A stretch of DNA of 64,000 nucleotides, from assembly GCF_023055435.1 (NCBI RefSeq), contig NW_025963779.1:89838001-89902000 (forward strand), written 5' to 3'. Position numbers and translations under genes: made by a program. Source of the DNA: Haliotis rufescens. Its lineage: Eukaryota. How positions within the stretch are numbered: position 1 is the first letter of the stretch; the number at the start of each line of letters is the position of its first letter. Positions 36,201 through 46,317 of the stretch are shown here, piece after piece. The notes under the pieces were generated by a model that worked only from the letters and a program-made list of their open reading frames with translations, had not been told where the DNA came from and ran no database searches.

Positions 36201-36880
36201 ACATGAAACAAATGGCGATAACTGGTCGCTGGCCAATATACATTATACATATTACGATCCTTGGGTTAGGCTAGTTATGTGGTGGATGTGTTAGGGCAGG
36301 TTACCCCCACACCTCTATCCTTATCTCATAAATGAAAATAGTGGTAAACATATTGATATAGCGGCACATCCAACACAGGCCATTCAGTAAAATACATTAT
36401 TTTTCATCTGTTTCAGAAAGCTTCGAAGGGCTTCAATGGGGCTCGCCTGCTCTGATTCAGCGAATTTGTTTTTAAACGAAACATCCCATCACGGGATTAT
36501 ATTTGCTTGTGGCATAGGCGTAATGCTAAGTCATCACTTCGCATGGAGGGTCATGTATGGTTCACATTAGTCAAACGTAATTCATAAGATCACCTCAATA
36601 CATCAACAAACATGGCATTTAGTGATGAATGTACTAGAATCTTCAGCCTACAAAAGTGTGTTACCTAATTTCGTGGCATCACGAAATTGCGATACATAAT
36701 TTGTAATTCGACTTCTATTAGTTCAATAACAAAAATACCGATGTCATCTTTTGAGGCTTCGATCTTCTTGGCTATTTCTTGTAAAAGATTAGTGACTGAA
36801 CCTTCAATATTCACGTCTTGCAGACGAAATCTACCAGTTTTTCCTGAGTCGGTTCGATCACGGACATTGATGTACGCCAT
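18117..36880 (-). CDS. UBL7: Ubiquitin-like protein 7 (N-terminal UBL, C-terminal UBA), 316 aa, 10 exons
   Basis: Exons 36880-36739, 34158-34045, 33095-33013, 29950-29866, 29197-29140, 26127-26030, 25266-25214, 23782-23699, 21318-21211, 18242-18117 (951 nt, all GT-AG, phases consistent). Motifs ELIYSGQRL...YGLRPGSTVYVL, IIAATPGLDSDPVA, ITASQLAAAL, QQLRDMGITDDNLARRALDATGGDIQAALELIF match vertebrate UBL7 as recalled. Confidence 0.93.
18495..18720 (-). mobile_element. SINE-like family C
   Basis: reverse complement of 13985-14207. Confidence 0.75.
19665..19948 (-). mobile_element. SINE family B
   Basis: reverse complement of 44864-45142; CCCCACTA(G/C)TA flanking direct repeat. Confidence 0.87.
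20131..21020 (+). mobile_element. Helentron/HINE (DINE-like) non-autonomous element
   Basis: ~165-bp internal tandem units (20532, 20691, 20861), (ACAG/ACGG)n microsatellite 20919-20970, 3' hairpin TATCCCCCCG...CGGGGGGATA. Confidence 0.65.
21211..21318 (-). CDS. UBL7: UBL7 exon 9
   Basis: SGGASTSSANPSGGPPIISSDFFQQAMLQAQNAATE |gtgagt. Confidence 0.9.
23699..23782 (-). CDS. UBL7: UBL7 exon 8
   Basis: SGTVGGGQGITASQLAAALQAAQGSSPR |gtaagc. Confidence 0.88.
25214..25266 (-). CDS. UBL7: UBL7 exon 7
   Basis: GTYSLDQMSDEEEDAGPP |gtgagt. Confidence 0.87.
26030..26127 (-). CDS. UBL7: UBL7 exon 6
   Basis: KLLEKHPSFGNAAITIAAAVNEEGSKDAARVST. Confidence 0.88.
26148..28486. repeat. 47-bp G-rich minisatellite (with 33-bp deletion variants), ~50 copies, UBL7 intron 5
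   Basis: GGCAACATACCACAGCCCTGGTTGGAGACTGGTGGGTGGGGTATAAA. Confidence 0.97.
29140..29197 (-). CDS. UBL7: UBL7 exon 5
   Basis: SMLQDPDLLTILAHPQNIS |gtaagt. Confidence 0.9.
29866..29950 (-). CDS. UBL7: UBL7 exon 4
   Basis: VEKMLTDPDTIENIIAATPGLDSDPVAI. Confidence 0.92.
30281..30523. repeat. 60-61-bp tandem repeat, 4 copies
   Basis: GTATACATTCACCTACAAAAACACAAACTGGGCAAATATATTTGAGTTCATGTAAATCTCT. Confidence 0.95.
32520..33024 (-). repeat. 58-bp minisatellite (6 full copies plus degenerate shorter units) overlapping UBL7 exon 3 donor
   Basis: units start at 32655, 32713, 32771, 32829, 32887, 32945, 33003; minus strand reads CAAGAGCATT|GTGAGAC in each. Confidence 0.95.
33013..33095 (-). CDS. UBL7: UBL7 exon 3
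   Basis: AAASHTPSKAEIIAALQSDLLNPAYKSI |gtgaga. Confidence 0.85.
34045..34158 (-). CDS. UBL7: UBL7 exon 2 (UBL domain)
   Basis: ELIYSGQRLLESRPLTAYGLRPGSTVYVLQKR. Confidence 0.92.
36739..36880 (-). CDS. UBL7: UBL7 exon 1
   Basis: ATG at 36880; MAYINVRDRTDSGKTGRFRLQDVNIEGSVTNLLQEIAKKIEASKDDI |gtattt. Confidence 0.85.
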
Positions 36881-37072
36881 GTTTAGATGTGACGTCACAT
36901 GTACTATGGAATATAATTGGTTGGAACGTTTCATTGTACAATGCATGCTGGGATTTGTTGTTGTTTAGCAACTCCACGTGGTAGCAGCTTTCAATGACTG
37001 ACAGCGTGAATAGAGCGCGCTCACAATGATACTATAGATAGGGATAGGGAAACATGTAGCAGATCCCCAAAT
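36881..37072. promoter_or_regulatory. Probable bidirectional promoter/5' UTR region between UBL7 and the 295-aa ORF
   Basis: 192 bp between divergent ATGs; palindrome ATGTGACGTCACAT (CRE core) 36887-36900, ATTGG 36916-36920, GCATGCTGGGATTTGTTGT (ZNF143/ACTACA-like) 36943-36961, CCACGTGG E-box 36974-36981. Confidence 0.55.
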
Positions 37073-37960
37073 ATGGGTCAAACTGAAAGCAACAATTTAA
37101 AACAATTTGTTTCGACAAAGAAATCAAAAAGCGAATATCGGACAAGGCGTCTTCGGTACAAGAGACACAATGAGCAATACGACTGGAACTCTACCCCTCC
37201 CGATGGCTCCGATGTGGGACATGACATGTATAAAGTTAAGGTCTGCACGCCTGGATTAATTGAAAACTGCAAAACATTTCCTCCTCTTCGATTCCCAGAA
37301 CTACACAAACACAAAGATAAGAAACAAGACGAGGAAACATTGAAGGGGACAGTTCTGGAGCGACTTCGCAAAGTTCTTAAAGAAGAGCAAGACGAAGAAT
37401 CTCAATTTGCTGCTTTGCTAAAGAAGAGGGAGGATAGTTTGAAATTGCTTGAAGGTAAATGGTTAAAAAACCATGACAAGTATGTGAAGAAACTAAAGAA
37501 GGAACTTGAAAGTTTCTCAAATGATGAAATAATCAAGTCACCAGGATGGTTCAATATGTTCTTGAAAGAAAAGAACGGAATTATAGTACTTGGACATCTT
37601 CTATCGTCACCCCATCCCACTGCTCCAAAGGAAGTAACCGAATTCTCCTCCAGAACACCCAGAATAATAATTCGCCCAAAGAAAAAGGAGAAAGGAGTTT
37701 TCAGAGTGTCTGAGCAATATCGAAACGCGGGGACTGGCAAATGGAAAACAGCTTTCACATGTACAGACGCGCGCATCAGTCAGTTTGACGGCACGAGAGT
37801 CTGTATTACAGGGGAATTTGGACTACCCGGACAATCAGCATTTGACTTGATGGTGGTAAACAAAGACTGCCTGGATTCGAACCACAAGTTGCGAGGAGCC
37901 TATGTCAGGAGGGTCACGATACACACAGATATGCTCACCTGGATTGTTGCTCCAAAATAA
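37073..37960 (+). CDS. Uncharacterised intronless 295-aa protein, candidate N-myristoylated (MGQTES)
   Basis: 888-nt non-repetitive ORF with ATG in good context (aaatATGG) in AT-rich DNA, 192 bp from the UBL7 start codon on the opposite strand; family not recognised. Confidence 0.7.
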   Translation: MGQTESNNLKQFVSTKKSKSEYRTRRLRYKRHNEQYDWNSTPPDGSDVGHDMYKVKVCTPGLIENCKTFPPLRFPELHKHKDKKQDEETLKGTVLERLRKVLKEEQDEESQFAALLKKREDSLKLLEGKWLKNHDKYVKKLKKELESFSNDEIIKSPGWFNMFLKEKNGIIVLGHLLSSPHPTAPKEVTEFSSRTPRIIIRPKKKEKGVFRVSEQYRNAGTGKWKTAFTCTDARISQFDGTRVCITGEFGLPGQSAFDLMVVNKDCLDSNHKLRGAYVRRVTIHTDMLTWIVAPK

Positions 37961-38144
37961 ACTTTTGCACATGGACCATTGTTTGTTACCGGTGTGATCC
38001 TGAGGCATATACCCGGCGTGTCGTTTATAATATGAACAACAAGAGGAATGCTTTCTTTTCTCTGTTTTATTTGGATAACATGTGGAATAGGTGCGAGGAA
38101 CTAAACCAAACTGAGGTTTTGATGCGAAACTGAGGCAAATCAAG

Positions 38145-40175
38145 GGAGAACATTGCTTACAGGTTTCAGTTGTGGGAACTATGGTGCAGGCATCACTAAG
38201 GAATGGAAGTGAGAACATTGTTTCTAAGTTTTCAGTATGGAATTATCGTGAAAGCATCACTTAGGAAGATGAAGTGAGAACAGTGTCTCCAGGCTTTAAC
38301 AGTGGCACTATAATGAACATTGCTTTCTGGATTATAACTCTGGACACTACTGTGAAAGCCTCACCGAGGAATGAAAAGTGAGAATATTGCTTTCTGGATT
38401 ATAACTCTGGAAACTACTGTGAAAGCCTCACCGAGGAATGAAAAGTGAGAATATTGCTTTCTGGATTATTACTGTGGAAACTATTGTGAAAGCCTCACTG
38501 AGGTATGAAAAGTGAGAACATTGCTTTCTGGATTATTACTGTGGAAACTATTGTGAAAGCCTCACTGAGGTATGAAAAGTGAGAACATTGCTTTCTGGAT
38601 TATTACTGTGGAAACTGTTGTGAAAGCCTCACTGAGGAATAAAAAGGGAAAACATTGCTTTCTGGATTATAACTCTGGAAAATATTGTGAAAGCCTCACT
38701 GAGGTATGAAAAGTGAGGATATTGCTTTCTGGAATATTACTGTGGAAACTATTGTGAAAGCCTCACTGAGGTATGAAAAGTGAGGATATTGCTTTCTGGA
38801 TTATTACTGTGGAAACTATTGTGAAAGCCTCACTCAGGTATGAAAAGTGAGGATATTGCTTTCTGGATTATTACTATGGAAACTATTGTGAAAGCCTCAC
38901 TGAGGTATGAAAAGTGAGGATATTGCTTTCTGGATTATAACTCTGGAAAATATTGTGAAAGCCTCACTGAGGTATGAAAAGTGAGGATATTGCTTTCTGG
39001 AATATTACTGTGGAAACTATTGTGAAAGCCTCACTGAGGTATGAAAAGTGAGGATATTGCTTTCTGGAATATTACTATGGAAACTATTGTGAAAGCCTCA
39101 CTGAGGTATGAAAAGTGAGAACATTGCTTTCTGGATTATTACTGTGGAAACTATTGTGAAAGCCTCACTGAGGTATGAAAAGTGAGAACATTGCTTTCTG
39201 GATTATTACTGTGGAAACTGTTGTGAAAGCCTCACTCAGGTATGAAAAGTGAGAACATTGCTTTCTGGATTATTACTGTGGAAACTGTTGTGAAAGCCTC
39301 ACTGAGGAATGAAAAGTGAGAACATTGCTTTCTGGAATATTACTGTGGAAACTATTGTGAAAGCCTCACTGAGGTATGAAAAGTGAGAACATTGCTTTCT
39401 GGATTATTACTGTGGAAACTATTGTGAAAGCCTCACTGAGGTATGAACAGTGAGGATATTGCTTTCTGGATTATTACTGTGGAAACTGTTGTGAAAGCCT
39501 CACTGAGTAAGGAAAAGTGAGAACATTGCTTTCTGGATTATTACTGTGGAAACTGTTGTGAAAGCCTCACTGAGTACGGAAAAGTGAGAACATTGCTTTC
39601 TGGTTTGTAATTGTGGAACTATTGTGAAAGCCTCACTGAGGAATGAAAAGTGAGAACATTGCTTTCTGGATTATTACTGTGGAAACTATTGTGAAAGCCT
39701 CACTGAGGAATGAAAAGTGAGAACATTGCTTTCTGGATTATTACTGTGGAAACTATTGTGAAAGCCTCACTGAGTAAGGAAAAATGAGAACATTGCTTTC
39801 TGGATTATTACTGTGGAAACTATTGTGAAAGCCTCACTGAGTAAGGAAAAGTGAGAACATTGCTTTCTGGTTTGTAATTGTGGAAAATATTGTGAAAGCC
39901 TCACTGAGTAAGGAAAAGTCAGAACATTGCTTTCTGGTTTGTAATTGTGGAACTATTGTGAAAGCCTCACTGAGGAATGAAAAGTGAGAACATTGCTTCT
40001 ACGTTTTCATTATGGGAGCTTTTTGTTAGTGCCTCATTCAGGAAAGAAAAGTGCGAAAGTGCTTCCAAGTTTTTTTTAATTGTGGAACTATTGAGAAAGT
40101 ATCACCGAGGAATAAAAAGTGAAGACATTGCTTCCACGTTTATGATGTTGGAATTATTGTGAAAGCATCATCAAG
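38145..40175. repeat. 67-bp minisatellite, ~30 copies
   Basis: GAGAACATTGCTTTCTGGATTATTACTGTGGAAACTATTGTGAAAGCCTCACTGAGGTATGAAAAGT; degenerate at both ends. Confidence 0.96.
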
Positions 40176-40600
40176 GAAATATAAATGTGATGATGAATTT
40201 CAATTTCCAATTTAAAACAAATTATATCACGAAATTAATAAAACAGTTTGCTACCTAGAGCCAATTTTTCATGTGGCATTGTAGTACTTCGGCTGTATCG
40301 AGTAAATAAATATGGAAATGTGGAACTTGAAAACACATCAGAATAAAAAAGAATTTTGCCTTTAAATATTGTGTATAACCATTTCTGTCTGTGCCCATAT
40401 ACATGTGTATGTGGACGTATCTTCACATTCAACTATGGACGTCACGAAATAATTGCACCCAGATAACTTACGCACAGATTCATACGCAAAGGATTTGAAT
40501 AATGTTCCTTCATGTTGATTGGAACTAGAATTAAGAAGGATATAGTCGGTTAATGATGATAAACATATTTTGTTTTCAATTCAGAGTTATCTTCTCTGTT

Positions 40601-40818
40601 GTGAGTGAGTGAGTTGGGTTTAACGCCGTGTTGAAAGGTATTTCAGTTATTGCATGGCGTGTCAGCTTCATGTGGGAGGAAAACCCACAAGCACAGGTAT
40701 GGTGCTGACAGACCTAGAAACATAATAGGGGCAAACCCACGCTAATAGGTTCCTGGCGTGCCCAAGGGACGCAACTTTGCACAGCAAATTGTGTCGCCTT
40801 AGACGACTGGGTCACCCT
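40601..40818 (-). mobile_element. SINE family B, internally deleted
   Basis: matches family B; CTTCTCTGT flanking direct repeat. Confidence 0.8.
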
Positions 40819-41199
40819 TCTCTGTAGATCTGACGGAGAAGGTTGAGATCTCAAATGTGAGAATCTACTATCACTATCTGATTAACTAAAAAATCCAATA
40901 AGGAATACTGATTTGACGCCTGGTAGCGTAAGGAGTTATTCCCCTTTAACCACAACCTGCTCAGAACCGCACTTTCTCTATGTTACATGTTCTAATAGTT
41001 CGGACAGAGCTTCAGGAGAATTTATGCTACCCCCGAAGGCCTAACAAACTCAGAATACAGCTTGCCGAGCTGGATCTCCCATCCACATACTCTCCCCCGC
41101 CAGTGTATACCTGCATACTGCCATACACCACAATGTGTGATGTGTGCGTCTTTCTCTTGACCACTTCCACATATTTATATTCGCCTGTGTTTGCGAATA

Positions 41200-42406
41200 A
41201 ACTCTTCAAAAAAAGAAAAGCACAGGTCATATGTAGTGCATTGAACCTGACTACACAAAAAATCCGGTAAATAAATAGGATATATGTTTTTGGAAAATGT
41301 TGGTGGCCTCTTATTCGACAAACGGTGTGTCAAAACGCAGCCATTGTCGATTTGCAATGTCTTAAACGGCATTGTTTTCACACTTTTAAAAAAATGTCAT
41401 GGAGGAAAACAGTAAAGCAAAATACACGTGCAAGTTATGACATTCGTAACTCGTGTCAGTGGCTATAAAAAGGCAAGCATAAGCCAATAATTTGTCATTC
41501 AATTGTCAACATTTTTCAATTTCGAAAATGCCGAGACTCAGCGCTGCCGATCGGAACATCGCCATAGGCCGTATCCATAGAGGGGAATCGCGGTCTTCTG
41601 TTGCACGCCACTTCAACGTCCACCACCGCACCTTTTGCCGCCTTTGGGACCCATACACACAGTTCAATTCCACTACAGACCGTCCGAGACCCGGCCGACC
41701 AAGAGTTACCACCCCTGCACAGGATCGCTACATTCGACTGTTCCACCTACGTCATCGCAATGACGCAGCTACAGAGCGGACCAGACTGCCAGGAATCATC
41801 TTCGCGAGGCTGGAATCCGACCCAGAAGACCAGTTATCGTCCCTATTTTGCAACAGGTCGACAGCGACGCTTGCATTGGTGCCATACTTTACAGCCTTGG
41901 AATTTGAGTGAGTGAGTGAGTTGGGTTAAACGCCACTTTTAACAGTATTCCAGTTGTATCCCGGCGTGTCAGCGATGCAGGTCTCAGACGTTTACCTATT
42001 CGGTGAAACCCACGAGCACGGGTATGGTGCTGACAAAACAAGAAACATAATCGGGACGAACCGGGATTCGAACCCATAATCACTACTCCCATAATGACCA
42101 CATCACCTCTTGCCCTGGCCACTCCAACAACTGGCCAACGCGTTACAAGCGGAATGGCGCAGAATTCCGCAGGACATAAATCTATCCAGTCAGTGCCGAG
42201 GAGATGCAGAGCCGTGATTGCTGACCGGGGCGGTCACACGAGATACTGAGTTGGGCGCAACCTTGTGGCCTTAAGTGACATGACAATGAACAGTTTTCAA
42301 TGTCATTGTACAACGACAACATGTGACTATCGAGCTCCAAAATTTAATATTTGTACAATAATTATACTAAAAATATACCTGTGCATTTCTTCTTATTTGA
42401 AGAGTG
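41200..42406 (+). mobile_element. Defective Tc1-family transposon with nested SINE
   Basis: TIRs (A/C)ACTCTTCAAA..AGAAA.GCACAGG, TA flanks; HTH N-terminus MPRLSAADRNIAIG...RPRPGRPRVTTPAQDRYIR (41528-41760); C-terminus RCRAVIADRGGHTRY* (ends 42249); catalytic core deleted; SINE B at 41905-42077. Confidence 0.9.
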
Positions 42407-43559
42407 TATGTGCAATTGACTAGCCTCATAAGACCATGGACGTATGTCTAGTCAAAGAGCGTATTGTTTCAACATAGAATGTTTGACTTTACATCTCCAG
42501 CGGGGGGTGGCCAAGTCGCCGCTATTTGCCAGAAACCTATGTTCGTGGGTTCATTGTCAGCACCATACCGTGCTTGTGATTTGATCCAATTGGTAAACAT
42601 CTGTGACCTGCAATACTTCGGAATTTCCTCCCACATGAAGCTGACACGACGTTATATACCTGGAATATCGTTGAAAGCGGCGTTAAACTCAATTCAAACC
42701 TGATCTCCAGCAGATATTCCAGATCATGTGACACTCTCGTCAGGTTGCAAATAATGGTTCGCTCCCATTATGTCTACTGAAAAAAGAAGGGGGTTAAAAT
42801 GAGCCTACCTATAAAATAATGAACTACTCCAGTCGTCATCTGAACTCAGCCCATGAAAATATATGAACATTGTCTAATGAATGCTTTTTTCAATGTATTA
42901 TTTTTTCGCTTATTCTTATTTTCACAACAACCACAGAGACTACCTTACTGATATAGTTAGGATAGTCACTCTTGATTGTAAATAAAGCGACAAAACCCTT
43001 TCCATACCCAATGGAAATCTCTGCATAAAGCAGAGTCGATTGTACGATTCCGACTGTATCATGAGCATGTGTTTATGAATCACTATCACATAGTAATGTC
43101 ACCAGGTGTTCGCGAATAGTAGGTCACGTGACTACAATGATAATACAGATCCTAAATGTGATGGGGTGACATTATGGAGGCGAGCTGAGTTCGAGTGAGT
43201 GAGTAAATGTTGTTTTACGTCGCAGCCTGCCCACGACTGTCTTGGTACCTCAGAATGTAAGTTATCGAATGTAGGCCGTAAAACCCAGCGGTTAGCAATG
43301 TGAACAATGTGAACATATTTACACAGGAGATTTTCGTTCCAACCACCTGATTCATTTAGTCGCCTCTTGAGACGAGCGGGTGTCGGTGTGCACCTATTGA
43401 GTGAGTGAGTAAGTATGGTTTTTATGCCGCTTTAAGCAATATTGCAGCAATTTCACGGCGGGGGACACCAGAAATGGGCTTCACACATTTTACCTTGGGA
43501 ATCGAACCCGGGTCTTCGGCGTGACGCACCTATTACGGACATAATGTATGTATGTGAGG

Positions 43560-43740
43560 AGAGTCTCACCCGAGTGTCTTTTGATATCAAATATTTCAAC
43601 ACGTGATAAAAGTGGAAAAATGTCGAAACTTGCCGAGCAGTTTATCCACTTTTATCAACGAGTGTTGATATATTTGATATCAAAAGGCACGAGGATGTGA
43701 TTTTATTTATCATCCAACATCATTCTTCCAATTTTTCAGT
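43560..43740. repeat. Palindromic dispersed repeat; inverted copy at ~47110-47310, related copy at ~29295-29440
   Basis: TTTTGATATCAAATAT...ATATTTGATATCAAAAG internal palindrome. Confidence 0.6.
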
Positions 43741-44863
43741 TTGTAGACAGTAATAAGCAGTGTCTAAAGCCCCCGTTACACTATCAAAAAACTTTGATAA
43801 AAAACGTGGTCAAAATCCATTTTGACCAAGTTTATGATAGTGTAACATGCCGTCAAAAACTTTTGGTGGAACAGAAACCGATCCTATTTCTCGTCAAACT
43901 TTGATCAAAGTTTGATGACGTAGATTTAATTTAGCCAATCGGGAACATTTACCCCTTTTCAACCGGAAGTGCATATAGTCAAGTCAAAATGTGTCAACTA
44001 TTTTGACTGACGAGATGTTGGAAGAATTAAATGATTTGTTTCAACAAAGAGCAGCCATTGTCGGGACCAAATATGCGTTTGCCTACCCCGACGCCGCCTT
44101 CTCAACATGGCAATACACAAAATACATATGACAACAGCAAATAATTTTTCGTGTAAAAATTACTGCTTACAGCTTTAGTAGCAGAACCATTAGTGTTGTC
44201 ATTTAATTTTGACGTCATGGTAACAAAGACGTCACAATTGTCTTCTAAGCATTGTGATGCAATTTCATTGCAGCGATATCTGCAATGCACGGTATCCTGC
44301 GGCCCCAGGAATGCAGGAATGTTAATGAGGGTGTGTGTCGTTCAGTCAACAGTAGAATGTTGCAAGGTCTGGAGTTGTATGGATACATATCGTCTTAAGT
44401 ATCTCACCATTCTAGTTATTAAATATCACCGAATAAAGATGAGCTTTTGTATTACTGCTACTCCGGTACTCTTTTCCCACATCCATTAGAAATCCTACTT
44501 TGCTGTAAAAACACAATACCATGTTGAACAAAAAGTGAAGTATATAAATACACAAAAGATTTGCATTCTTTGATCAGGTACTCAATAACACGCCCACATA
44601 TGATAGCATTAGAGGTTTCTTTTCTCAAATAGCTATTTTGTTGTCAATTATATGATTTGTCAGACTAATAATCTCATATTCTGCAAGAACAAGAACAGGT
44701 GAAAGTACCGACCATTTGTCAGTCACATCTGTCAGCTGACTGAAACCTGATACCGCTGTTTGCGTTAGATTTCCAAACCATGGAAGACCCATGTTACGTC
44801 AGTCGGTTGACCTACTGAACCCCTGGGCAGCGATACTCAGGGTATCACCCTTCAAGTGACGTC

Positions 44864-45142
44864 GGGGGCACGGGTGGCCCAGTCGTCTAAGGCGCCGCGA
44901 TTCGCTGTGCAGAGTTGCGTCCCTTGGGCACGCCAGAAACAAATGATTGTGGGTTCGAATCCCGGTTCGCCCCGATTATGTTTCTAGGTTTGTCAGCACC
45001 ATACCCGTGCTCGTGGGTTTCACCGAAGTGGTAAACGTCTGAGACCTGCATCACTTCGGGCTTTCCTCCCACATTAAGCTGACACGCCGCGATATAACTG
45101 GAATACTGTTAAAAGCGGCGTAAAACTCACTCACACACACAC
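44864..45142 (+). mobile_element. tRNA-derived SINE family B, full length
   Basis: box A TGGCCCAGTCGTCTAAGG, box B GGTTCGAATCC, (TCAC)n tail, TSD TCAAGTGACGTC; other pieces near 365-500, 28871-29065, 41905-42077, 42530-42700, 47565-47770, 60841-60965. Confidence 0.88.
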
Positions 45143-45819
45143 TCAAGTGACGTCATCGTTAAAGATATTAAGTTTCATTTATTGATTCAACCATGAATAA
45201 ACACATTTTATTTCACGATTGAACAATGTATTGTCTTTTACGTTCTTGTCGTTTTACATACATTACATAGAAAAGATACAATGACAGATTTGTCAAGCAA
45301 TGAGACACTTGATAACCTCTCATTGTTGTGTGTTGTAGTATATGGCTGAGGTGGTTCTCCTTACTGCTCATATTGATTAATCCCCTTCATTATGAATGTT
45401 ATGATATGTACTTTATGTGCACGCAGCTGTTGTGTAAGAAACACCCGTCTCTGTAGCACAGCCTTGTTCGACCTTACTTGTGTTATGTTTTGTAATCTAC
45501 ATGTTCCAGACAAATTCAAGCGAGCTACAAAGCCATGTAACTCTGATTTTTAAAGGTATCAGATTATTGACAGACACGGCACAGATAATGTTGGATAAGG
45601 TATCCGAACATGTTGATAAAAGTAATTAAACCTCTGTCTGCTTCAGGCTATATTAACGTGCTAGGGTTAATCTCTGTCTGAACTCATACATTCATCCGCA
45701 CAACAGTGAGTCAGAATTTGACTTTGTTCCCTTATAGAGGATCGAATCTGGTCCTTCGAGGTGACGAGCGAACGATGTAACCATTAGGCTACCCCAACGC
45801 CCCCATCCTCACATCAACC

Positions 45820-46317
45820 ATTTTCCCTAGGCAAGCATGTCCACGAGCCCATATGAAAGCCTAGTTTCTACCCTTGCCACATCAAGGCCACTTTTCTCGG
45901 CTCGACCCTGGCACCACCTCGCGTTGATCACGAGTTGTGCCCCTTGTAATGGAAACGCGATATCCAATCAGATCGCTGTTCTTATCTCGTATAGCTTCAC
46001 AAAGATGGCGACTACCTTGTCGATAAGATAACGAAAACATTCGCGATTTCATCCCTGACACAAAAACATAGGCAATCGTTGGGGGGTTAAAGATGAAAAA
46101 GACATATTCGAGTCAACAAGAACAGGCAGCGGTAAATCACTTTCATACTAAGGTGTACCAGTCTTGGATGTTGATTTTGTGAAACGTTCTCGGATTGGAC
46201 TATCGATATGTGCGATAGTCCAGTCATATTTAACACAGGAAAGTGGGCTTGAAGTGGCAAGGGTGGAAACAAGACTTAAAATAAAAAGGCTAGTGGACGC
46301 TCTTGCCTCGGGAAAAT
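45820..46317. mobile_element. Nested inverted-repeat (MITE-like) element
   Basis: outer IR 45820-45850/46288-46317; inner ~40-bp IR 45858-45900/46231-46275. Confidence 0.65.

Noticed and set aside
37078-38218. Minus-strand ORFs overlapping the 295-aa ORF
   Set aside because: Short antisense shadows with Ser/Phe-rich composition and no motifs
38145-40175. CRISPR-like array (also considered for the other arrays)
   Set aside because: Units repeat in full with no unique spacers, there are no cas genes and the context is eukaryotic
41492-41911. Active transposase
   Set aside because: DDE core deleted, frameshifted and interrupted by a SINE
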